Part shown: positions 1-7,393 of the stretch, piece after piece | Layout: each line of letters starts with the position of its first letter | Position numbering within the stretch: position 1 is the first letter of the stretch | Assembly (NCBI GenBank): GCA_031411295.1 | Contig: JANOAV010000052.1 | Location: 1 to 39,644, forward strand | Reading direction: 5' to 3' | From: Verrucomicrobiales bacterium | GTDB lineage: Bacteria > Verrucomicrobiota > Verrucomicrobiia > Verrucomicrobiales > V1-33 | Length of the DNA: 39,644 bases | Position numbers and translations under genes: made by a program | The notes under the pieces: generated by a model | Told to the model about the DNA's origin: nothing | What the model saw: only the letters and a program-made list of their open reading frames with translations | Databases searched by the model: none

Positions 1-60
1 GATCCAAAATGAGCAGCCCAGCGGGCTGCTCCACACTCTACCGTTTTCTTTTTGGAAATG
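1..60 (-). repeat. Partial copy of a REP-containing miniature element (family A), cut by the window start
   Basis: Perfect palindrome GAGCAGCCC-AGC-GGGCTGCTC at 11-31, starting GTGG on the minus strand. The reverse complement of 1-57 matches 23249-23305 at 51/57 positions. Confidence 0.85.
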
Positions 61-215
61 GTCCAAGACGTGCCTAGGCCCTGGCGGTGGATTACACCGG
101 AAATCGGGTCGATCAAGATTTTTTCCTCGCTCTTTCTGTCAATGCATCGGTGTGGAACGGCGTGGCGGAGAGCCAGGATTGGAAGACGGCTTTTCACGAG
201 GTTTGTGGAGGACGA

Positions 216-935
216 TCACTTTGCAGGCCATTTCGCCCGGACGGTCCGCTCCCATTCGTCAGCCATCAGTTGGTGGCCGGAATAGGTCGGATGCACGCCG
301 TCCCAGATCCAATGCTCGGCGGGCGCGACTTTGCAGGCTGCGTCGAAAATCTGCTGAAAATGGACCAGTGCGGCATCGTGCTTGGCGGCCAGTTTGGCGA
401 CCACGTCCTGCCGTGCTTGAATCCCGGCACGCCATGCGGCATAACCGTCCTTTCGTTTGCCGACCGGTAGCGTGAAGGGCTCGCACAGCACGAGCCGCAG
501 CTTGGGATTTTTGGTCTTCGCTTGCGTGATGAGTTCCTCATAGGTGCGCTCATATTCATCCAGCGGCACATCATGCGACTGGTCATTTACACCGATCAGG
601 ATGCTCAGCACATCGGGCTGCAACTCCAGCGTGTCCTTCTCCCAGCGCTTCTGGAGTTCACGCACCGTGTTACCGGATGAGCCACGATTCATGAAATCCA
701 GCTTCATCCCCGCAAACGCTGCGCCGTATTTCGCAGCGATGATGAAGGCGTAGCCATGGCCAAGAATGTGATTGGGATCAGCACTGCGCCCGCGATTGCC
801 ATCAGTGATGGAGTCGCCCTGAAAAAGAATGCGTGCTTCCGATGCAAATGCAGCAATCGGTTCAACGGCTGTTTCAGCGGCGGTAAGACGGCCGACCAAG
901 CTGGTCAGGAGGAGGAGGAGATAGATTGATTTCAT
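216..935 (-). CDS. Secreted SGNH/GDSL hydrolase (esterase, possibly a carbohydrate acetyl esterase)
   Basis: Signal peptide. SGNH blocks GDSITD, NRGSSG, IGVND and DGVHP are all present. Confidence 0.92.
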   Translation of the reverse strand: MKSIYLLLLLTSLVGRLTAAETAVEPIAAFASEARILFQGDSITDGNRGRSADPNHILGHGYAFIIAAKYGAAFAGMKLDFMNRGSSGNTVRELQKRWEKDTLELQPDVLSILIGVNDQSHDVPLDEYERTYEELITQAKTKNPKLRLVLCEPFTLPVGKRKDGYAAWRAGIQARQDVVAKLAAKHDAALVHFQQIFDAACKVAPAEHWIWDGVHPTYSGHQLMADEWERTVRAKWPAK

Positions 936-947
936 AGGGCTTTTAGT

Positions 948-1286
948 TTAGTCGAAAATGGAAGCATCAATGATAGCCAATACATCCTCAAGCAATTCAA
1001 CGGGCGCTGCGGCAATGAATTTAAGCTTTCGCGGACGGAAATCCAAGGATTTCATTTGTTCGCACAGGACGAATCCCGTCAAGGCAGTGCGGCCGGCTAG
1101 AGGAACATGGAACGGCACCCCCCAATCAGTGTTCGTGATCGGACAACAAATTGCCATTCCTGTGCCAAGGTTAAACGCGTCCTTGCTGACCACCAGTGCA
1201 GGTCTCCGCGCTTGTTGTTCGTGACGCGATTGCGGATCGAAATTCAGCGCTACAAAATCGCCCTGTTTGGGCACATAGGCGGCCAT
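948..1286 (-). CDS. mazF: MazF/PemK family endoribonuclease toxin
   Basis: YVPKQGDFV..FDPQ..HEQ..RRPALVVS and CPIT motifs. The ATG at 1286 overlaps the antitoxin stop (TAATG), so it is preferred over the ORF-track start at 1316. Confidence 0.9.
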   Translation of the reverse strand: MAAYVPKQGDFVALNFDPQSRHEQQARRPALVVSKDAFNLGTGMAICCPITNTDWGVPFHVPLAGRTALTGFVLCEQMKSLDFRPRKLKFIAAAPVELLEDVLAIIDASIFD

Positions 1287-1546
1287 TACCAAAGCTCCTT
1301 TCCTTTCGATTCCCACGGAACTTCCTTGGCACGATAAGACTTCGGCATCCCAGCGACGAGGTCCTCAATTCGATGCCGACCACGCACTTTGCGAGCGGGT
1401 TTGGCCTGTGAGATAATAAGCGTGCCGGCCTCAGCGGAGACGGTAAGCTCCAACTCCATTCCAGGACTGAAATGCAGTTGGTCAATCACGGGCCGTGGGA
1501 GGCGAATCCCCTGGCTGTTACCCCATTTTTGTAAAGTCGTGGTCAT
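1286..1546 (-). CDS. mazE: MazE/AbrB/SpoVT family antitoxin
   Basis: LQKWGNSQGIRLP N-terminus and MazE-like C-terminus (IEDLV..EV.W..KGKELW). Directly upstream of the toxin. Confidence 0.93.
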   Translation of the reverse strand: MTTTLQKWGNSQGIRLPRPVIDQLHFSPGMELELTVSAEAGTLIISQAKPARKVRGRHRIEDLVAGMPKSYRAKEVPWESKGKELW

Positions 1547-1553
1547 CGCCCAT

Positions 1554-1576
1554 AGGTATATCCCTGGGCTATACTT
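1554..1576. promoter_or_regulatory. Probable MazEF autoregulatory operator
   Basis: Imperfect palindrome GTATA-T-CCC-T-GGG-C-TATAC (1556-1574) about 10 bp upstream of the mazE start. AbrB-type antitoxins typically bind such palindromes. Confidence 0.6.
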
Positions 1577-1625
1577 CGCAAATGAAATCGAGGAGCACGT
1601 TATCTCCCCGCCCCGGCGTATCGCG

Positions 1626-1686
1626 GATCAATCAGATTATGGTTGATCCGTCCTATCAGACTGCTCAGACTGATCCCTATGATTAC
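1626..1686 (+). repeat. 9-bp-period microsatellite cluster A (consensus about GATCAGWCM)
   Basis: GATCAATCA at 1626, GATCCGTCC at 1645, TATCAGACT at 1654, GCTCAGACT at 1663, GATCCCTAT at 1672. Confidence 0.75.
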
Positions 1687-2464
1687 GCAGCCCAACAGCC
1701 CTAACCCACCTACCCCCACGCCCAAGAAAATGCGCCCATCTGGCGGCTATCGGGAACTGCGTAGCTTCCAGACTACCACGCTCATCTACGACGCCACCGT
1801 GCTGTTTTGTGACACCCACATCGACCGCCGCAGCCGCACCCACGACCAGATGGTGCAGGCCGCTCGCAGTGGCCGACAGAACATTGCCGAAGGCAACCGC
1901 ATGGGATCCACCAGCAGCAAATCCGAGCTGCAACTCACCAACGTAGCTCGCGCCAGCCTCGAAGAACTGCTACTAGATTTCCAGGACTTCCTCCGCCAGC
2001 GGGATCTCCCACTCTGGCCCAAAGACAGCCCCAATGCCGCCACCGTGCGGGCGCTGAGCAAATATCCGACAGATCAGTCAGATCTGACCGATCCCCAAGA
2101 CGCAGGTGACCGTGCCCGGGCTAAACATTACGCCCCCGCCCTCCGCCAACAGGACCCCGCCGCCACCGCCAACGCCCTCATCTGCCTGATCCACCAGGCC
2201 AACTACCTGCTAGACCAGCAAATAGCCGCCATGGAACAGGCGTTCATCGAAGGCGGCGGAGCCACCGAACAACTAGCCACCGCCCGCATGGCCCACCGCC
2301 GAGGAAATCAGTCCAATCAGTCAGATCAGACCGATCCCATTCCCCCATGCCCCACCTGCGGCAAACAAATGGCCCTGCGCACCGCCAAGCAGGGGAAAAA
2401 CGCTGGCAGCCAGTTCTGGGGCTGCACCGGTTACCCAGACTGTAAGGGCGCTGTGCCGCTATAA
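1679..2464 (+). CDS. Four-helix-bundle protein (TIGR02436/bAvd-like) with suffix domain and C-terminal topoisomerase-type C4 zinc finger
   Basis: GGYRELRSFQ, DQMVQAARSGRQNIAEG, VARASLEELLLDFQDFL, ANALICLIHQANYLLD, then CPTCG..M..R...G..FWGCTGYPDC. Start uncertain (1643 TTG, 1679 ATG or 1730 ATG). Confidence 0.88.
   Translation: MITQPNSPNPPTPTPKKMRPSGGYRELRSFQTTTLIYDATVLFCDTHIDRRSRTHDQMVQAARSGRQNIAEGNRMGSTSSKSELQLTNVARASLEELLLDFQDFLRQRDLPLWPKDSPNAATVRALSKYPTDQSDLTDPQDAGDRARAKHYAPALRQQDPAATANALICLIHQANYLLDQQIAAMEQAFIEGGGATEQLATARMAHRRGNQSNQSDQTDPIPPCPTCGKQMALRTAKQGKNAGSQFWGCTGYPDCKGAVPL
2063..2098 (+). repeat. 9-bp microsatellite cluster B, in frame inside the four-helix-bundle gene
   Basis: TATCCGACA GATCAGTCA GATCTGACC GATCCCCAA, encoding YPT-DQS-DLT-DPQ. 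Confidence 0.85.
2306..2341 (+). repeat. 9-bp microsatellite cluster C, in frame in the linker before the zinc finger
   Basis: AATCAGTCC AATCAGTCA GATCAGACC GATCCCATT, encoding NQS-NQS-DQT-DPI. Confidence 0.85.
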
Positions 2465-2467
2465 AAT

Positions 2468-2494
2468 GATCCGACAGATCAGTCAGATTTGACA
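2468..2494 (+). repeat. 9-bp microsatellite cluster D, 3 bp after the stop codon
   Basis: GATCCGACA GATCAGTCA GATTTGACA. 2469-2493 matches 2064-2088 at 24/25. Confidence 0.88.
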
Positions 2495-2626
2495 GGGCCT
2501 GCCTCGCAGTCCTGCCGTTGCATGAACATAGCTCTTCCGCTCCGTGCTACCAACATTCTTAGTGCGTCGGAACCAGGCTCTGTGATGGCATCAGCGCCAA
2601 GCCTTGTAGAAATTGCGTTGCGTGGC

Positions 2627-2652
2627 GCAGGTCTCCTCACGTCGCTCTCCAC
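2627..2652 (-). repeat. Single REP-like unit (family B)
   Basis: Minus strand GTGGAGAGCGACGTGAGGAGACCTGC matches 29517-29542 (GTGGAGGGCGACGTTAGGAGACCAGC) at 23/26. Confidence 0.75.
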
Positions 2653-2698
2653 GGCTAGGCCAGAGCATTTGCAATTGCCAACAGTGGGAGCCGCCAGT

Positions 2699-5600
2699 TC
2701 AGTTCGATAGGACTTTCAGCCGCAGGAAGAATTTCCCTGAGGTGCCAGGGGTGAAGGTGAAGGAGATGGTGGTGCTAGTGTTCACGTAGGTCACGCCGGA
2801 GACGGTGGCCCAAGGGTCGGTGGCACCGAGGTCGGTGGAGTCTTGGATGGCGTAGGTGAGGCCGTTGGTGCCGGGGCGCTTGGTGAAGCTGAGGGTGTTG
2901 CTTGTCAACGTGCCGACGAAGGGGTTCGCCACCGTTGGGTCCTGGTTGGCCAGCGCGTATTCCAAGAGGTTACTGATGCCATCGTGGTCGGGGTCGTCGT
3001 TGGGGCCCTGCTCCCCCACGGGGACGCTCGCCCCGCCAGCGAAGGTGCCATTGATCCAGGCCGAGAATCCGACGGGGCCGCTGGTCACGGTGAGCGTGCC
3101 TGGGCCGCTGGCGAAGTAAGCGTTCAAAGCGCCCACGCCAAGCCCGCCGTTGGTAGCTCCCGTGCTGCTGTGGCCATATTGGCCGGCAGGTTTTTGGCTG
3201 CTGCCGATGAAGAGTTTGTCCACGCTGTCGGTGCCAGTGAAGTTTAGTTGGAGCATGGCACCCGAGGGCGCAATGGTGACGGTGGAGGCATTGTTGCTGG
3301 GGTTGTTGGTGCCCTGACTGAGCGTGCCGCCGTTCACGATGGTGTTCCCCGAGTATGTATTGGCACCGGTGAGGGTGAAGGTGCCCGCCCCGCTCTTGGT
3401 CAACCCAAAGTTGTTTCCGTTGCTTGTTCCCGGCATGGCCGCCGCCGCCACTGAGCCATTGGCAATATCACTCCCGAGGTTGCCGGAAAACGTGTGGTTG
3501 GCACTGTTGTTGATCGTCAGCATGGCTGGTGCAGAGACGTTGCTGTTAACTACGCGCTGTCTTCTCAAGGCCGCTTTTGCTCCTGCTCTGACAACGTTGG
3601 TCAACCCCGCGAGTTGTTGGCTGAAGCCATTCAAATTGATCTCTGCAAATCGGCCGGTGCCACTGCCGTTCCCGCCATCAATCGTCACCACCGTGGTCGT
3701 CGGTAGCGCGTTGTTGATCCCCAGCTTCAGGACGATCTGGTGCTCGCCAGCAGTGGTTGTGCCGTCCGTGGAGGCGGTGGTATTCAGCAGGGTGCTGCCG
3801 GTGTAAGTGCTGGGCGCGGCCAAATAGACGGTGGACAACACGTTGGCATTGAGGCTGCTGGAAAAGATGACATTGCCGCTGCCGCTTAGCACGCTTCTCA
3901 GGGTGAGGGTGGAGACCACTCCGCTGCCGGGATTGTCGGTCGGCACACTGATGGTGGCGGTGGTTCCGCTGCTGGCCACCGTGATGGGCGCGCTGATGAC
4001 CACGCCGTCTGAATTCGGTTCCAGCAGGGTTCCTCCAGCGAGCGTCAGGCTGGCGGTGCGGAGCAGGGCCCCAGTATTGTCGATGGCCAGGGTGCCCGCG
4101 CTAACGCTGGTGGCGCCCGTGTAAGTATTTTCGCCCGTCAAGGTCAGCGTGCCGGGACTGGTCTTGGTTAGTGATCCTGCACCAGCGATGGAACCATTCA
4201 ACGTCAGCTTTTGTGACGAGGCAACACTGACGGAGGCATTGGAACTCAGCGTCACGTCATTCCCCAGGGTGCAGCTCGCGGTGTTGGATAAATTTCCGCC
4301 ATTGAGCATGAGCTGCCCGGTGCTGAGTGCCAAGTTATCATTGGCCACCAAGGTGCCAGCACTCACGGTGGTGTCACCGCGGTAGGTGTTCGCGGCTTCC
4401 AACTGCACGGTTCCGCCACCATTTACCGTGAGGCCCGGATAGCCGCTGATTTTCCCGTTAAATGTAGCGTTGCGTCCTGTGGCCACATTCCAATTGCTGG
4501 GGACGATCAATTGCACCGGACAGTTCACGATTAAATTCTGTGTCGCTGTGGACAAATCCACGCCCGCGTCATCCAATGCCAGGGTCGCGCTTCCATTGAT
4601 GGTCACCAGCCCACCAGGATTGACGATTTTGATGCCAGCCCAATCCTGATCTTTGGCGAGCGTGCTGGCGTTCGCGGCAGTGACCGTGCTGTTCCAAACC
4701 GACTGTTTGTAAAGCCCGGGATTCGCAGTGCCCACCCAGCTTCCCCCATCGTCCAGGCTCGTCGTGTTGTTGTCCTTGAAGATCGCTGTGGTCCCGGTGT
4801 CCAGATTGCCCGCCCAGGATTGCACCTGCGCACCGCTGACCAGCAGGATGTTGAAATCGGACGGCGCATTGAGCTTGTTGGCACCAAAATACATCCCCCA
4901 GCGGAAGTTGGTCGTCCCGGTGGGGCGGGGATAACTGCTGTCGGCATACAAAACACCATCGATCCATAGCTTATATTTCAGACCATCATCAAGCACTCGG
5001 ACATCAAAGCCGCGTTCGTCGAAATACTTTACAGCGCCATCGGGATTGGTGACTAACTTGTCGGTGCCGTTGCGATTGTTCACGTTTACCGAACCATTGC
5101 TGCTCAAGCTGAGCTGAACCGCCCAATCATTGACGCTGTTTTTGAGTTGGAAGCAGGCAAACCCTTGCTTGATCTGGGCACCGGTGTAATGGGCGGTCCA
5201 TTCGTGAGTCATGCTTTCGGTGTAATTCCAGCCATCGCTCGCGAAGGCCTCGGTGTGCGAAGAAGTGCCAGCCCGCGTGGTGGCGGTATTCTCATCATTC
5301 ACAAACACCCGGAGCATATGTGTCTTGCCATCGGTCTGAAACCACCGGGTGAAATCAGCGAAGTTGGTCGCGGACGTGTTGCAAGCTACATGGATTCTCA
5401 TCGGGTCGACCGAAATCGGTCGATTGCCGTAGAGCCCGATCTCGACGGCGGCATTATTGACCTGGATCAGCGACCCATACACTGGGCCGGGATCAGGGGA
5501 GTCCACGTTCAGTGTGGGTAAAATGGCGCTCCAAAGCGGGTTCGCGGGGCTGCCGGTATCTGTGAAAAGCACCGCAGGAACCGGCACGGTGAACTTCCAG

Positions 5601-7291
5601 CCCGTCGTGGTGGTGATTCCGGCGTAGTTGTTACCGGAAGTGTCCCTGATCGCGCCAGCTGGGATCAGCACGTAATACGAGCCCGTGGGCAGGACGTTGG
5701 TCGGCTGAATGATTAACTGCGTGGTGTTGAACGCGAGTCGCGACGACGAGGCCACGTTGAACGTTTCCACGAGGCCAGCATCACTGCTCCGCCGCAATTC
5801 GATGTTGCCGGTGCCGGCCACGATGGTCTCGGCAAACGTCGCCAGGAGATCAGCGTCGGCTAACACGTTCGTGGCATTGTTGGCCGGCAGGGTGCTGCCC
5901 AAGGTTGGTGGCGTCGTGTCACCGGCGGCGGTGATTACATAAGTCAGATAGTTGCCATCGACCTGCAAGGTGCCGGTCTGATTCCAGGCGAGTGTAGGAA
6001 CCGTCCCGAGCTTAAAGCCGGTGGTGTTCGTCAGGCCGCTGCCAAACTGCAGCAAACGGTAGGTGCCATTGTATCCCAACGTTGTCGGCAGGTTGATCGT
6101 GACCGCCGCCGCGCCCCCGTTGACCGTTAGCGCGCTGTTCACCTTGATGGCAGCAACGCTGGTGTAGTTGGACAGGGTGCCCACATTCACGGTCGCGGTG
6201 CCGCTAAAAGTGAGGTTGGAAACGGTGAGATTGCCGCTGCCAGGAGAAATCAAGCCGCCAGCGCTCACCGTGACGGCTGCGTTCACCGTTCCGTCTCCGG
6301 CCAACGTCGCGCTGCTATTCACGGTGGTTGGGCTGCTGGTGCTACCGTCCACTTCTAAAGTGCCAGCGCTGACCGTGGTGGTGCCGGTGTAGGTATTTGC
6401 CCCAGCCAGAGTCAGGGTGCCGCTGCCCGCTTTGATGAGTGAACCACCTCCGCTGAGCACCCCCTTATAAGTGGTGCTGCTGTTATTGCCACCCACGGTC
6501 AACGTGATGGGCGTGCTGGTATCGTTCAGCAGGGCGAAGTTGAACCCAGTGCCTGCACTGCTGGAGGCAAGTCCGCCGAGGCTGAAGGCATTCGTGGAAA
6601 CGCTGTTGTCAAAAATCAGACTGGCATCCGCGCTGAGGATCACGGTGCTATTCTGCAACGCCAGCCGGTTATAGAGATAAACGCGTGCCCCGCCCGTGGC
6701 ACCAGCACTGAAGCTGGTATTGCCGCTAAACGTATTCGCACCGCCCAGATTGAGGGTGCCAGTGCCGGAGGTATCAGGTCCTGCCACCACTAGATTTTTG
6801 CCGACGCCCCCGGCAATCACCGCATTCACCGTCAAGGTTCTCCCGGTGGTGGCATTCGCGGCCGCAAGGAAGGTATTGGCTCCGGTAATGTTCAACGTGA
6901 GCGTGAACGGGCCGGTGCCGCCATTGATGGAGACGCTGCCACCGGATTTCTGAATCATCCCTCCAAGCGTGATGTTCGCCCCGAGCGTGAGATTTTGCGA
7001 CCCGCCATCAATTTCGGCCTGGTTGCCACCGTTCACCCATGCCACGTGGGGCAGACCACTGCCTTGATCCCAGTTCTTGAGGGTGGTGTTCCAAATGCCA
7101 CTGACGCCGTCGCTGCTGCCATCACCGTTGGCCGTGATGTCCACGCTCCCACCGTCCCAATCAAGCGTAGCGGCTCGCGCAGGGCGGGAAGCAAGGGCAA
7201 GTAGCACGAACCACAAGGCGCTGGTCACCAGTCGCTTGAAATGTTTCGCAGGCACAAATCGCTTGGTCAAACTGAGTAGAAGGAGGGACAT
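2699..7291 (-). CDS. Large secreted protein with autotransporter-associated beta-strand repeats, an Ig-like (Big_5-type) domain, a polysaccharide-lyase-like beta-jelly-roll and a verrucomicrobial C-terminal domain
   Basis: Signal peptide ending ARA. Many L.K.G.GTLTL.G.NTY.G.T.V..GTL repeats. DTTPPTL...F.E.I..GTGNI Ig module. Non-repetitive insert at about 4815-5570. C-terminal DPDHDGISNLLEYAL...FFLRLKV. Confidence 0.88.
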   Translation of the reverse strand: MSLLLLSLTKRFVPAKHFKRLVTSALWFVLLALASRPARAATLDWDGGSVDITANGDGSSDGVSGIWNTTLKNWDQGSGLPHVAWVNGGNQAEIDGGSQNLTLGANITLGGMIQKSGGSVSINGGTGPFTLTLNITGANTFLAAANATTGRTLTVNAVIAGGVGKNLVVAGPDTSGTGTLNLGGANTFSGNTSFSAGATGGARVYLYNRLALQNSTVILSADASLIFDNSVSTNAFSLGGLASSSAGTGFNFALLNDTSTPITLTVGGNNSSTTYKGVLSGGGSLIKAGSGTLTLAGANTYTGTTTVSAGTLEVDGSTSSPTTVNSSATLAGDGTVNAAVTVSAGGLISPGSGNLTVSNLTFSGTATVNVGTLSNYTSVAAIKVNSALTVNGGAAAVTINLPTTLGYNGTYRLLQFGSGLTNTTGFKLGTVPTLAWNQTGTLQVDGNYLTYVITAAGDTTPPTLGSTLPANNATNVLADADLLATFAETIVAGTGNIELRRSSDAGLVETFNVASSSRLAFNTTQLIIQPTNVLPTGSYYVLIPAGAIRDTSGNNYAGITTTTGWKFTVPVPAVLFTDTGSPANPLWSAILPTLNVDSPDPGPVYGSLIQVNNAAVEIGLYGNRPISVDPMRIHVACNTSATNFADFTRWFQTDGKTHMLRVFVNDENTATTRAGTSSHTEAFASDGWNYTESMTHEWTAHYTGAQIKQGFACFQLKNSVNDWAVQLSLSSNGSVNVNNRNGTDKLVTNPDGAVKYFDERGFDVRVLDDGLKYKLWIDGVLYADSSYPRPTGTTNFRWGMYFGANKLNAPSDFNILLVSGAQVQSWAGNLDTGTTAIFKDNNTTSLDDGGSWVGTANPGLYKQSVWNSTVTAANASTLAKDQDWAGIKIVNPGGLVTINGSATLALDDAGVDLSTATQNLIVNCPVQLIVPSNWNVATGRNATFNGKISGYPGLTVNGGGTVQLEAANTYRGDTTVSAGTLVANDNLALSTGQLMLNGGNLSNTASCTLGNDVTLSSNASVSVASSQKLTLNGSIAGAGSLTKTSPGTLTLTGENTYTGATSVSAGTLAIDNTGALLRTASLTLAGGTLLEPNSDGVVISAPITVASSGTTATISVPTDNPGSGVVSTLTLRSVLSGSGNVIFSSSLNANVLSTVYLAAPSTYTGSTLLNTTASTDGTTTAGEHQIVLKLGINNALPTTTVVTIDGGNGSGTGRFAEINLNGFSQQLAGLTNVVRAGAKAALRRQRVVNSNVSAPAMLTINNSANHTFSGNLGSDIANGSVAAAAMPGTSNGNNFGLTKSGAGTFTLTGANTYSGNTIVNGGTLSQGTNNPSNNASTVTIAPSGAMLQLNFTGTDSVDKLFIGSSQKPAGQYGHSSTGATNGGLGVGALNAYFASGPGTLTVTSGPVGFSAWINGTFAGGASVPVGEQGPNDDPDHDGISNLLEYALANQDPTVANPFVGTLTSNTLSFTKRPGTNGLTYAIQDSTDLGATDPWATVSGVTYVNTSTTISFTFTPGTSGKFFLRLKVLSN

Positions 7292-7393
7292 TCGGGTAGC
7301 AGGGGGAGGGAACTAAAGTTTACCCGCAATTTGCACTGCAATCAACCGCCATGTGCACGACCTTAGATTTGCGGTGTAATCTCGGCCAGCAAC

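Noticed and set aside
1626..2494. CRISPR array or diversity-generating retroelement suggested by repeats plus an Avd-like protein
   Set aside because: Units are 9 bp with no unique spacers. There is no cas gene, no reverse transcriptase and no adenine-specific TR/VR pair in the window.
2489..2710. 73-aa ORF after the four-helix-bundle gene
   Set aside because: It starts within the microsatellite, runs through a REP unit, overlaps the convergent gene and has no recognisable motif.
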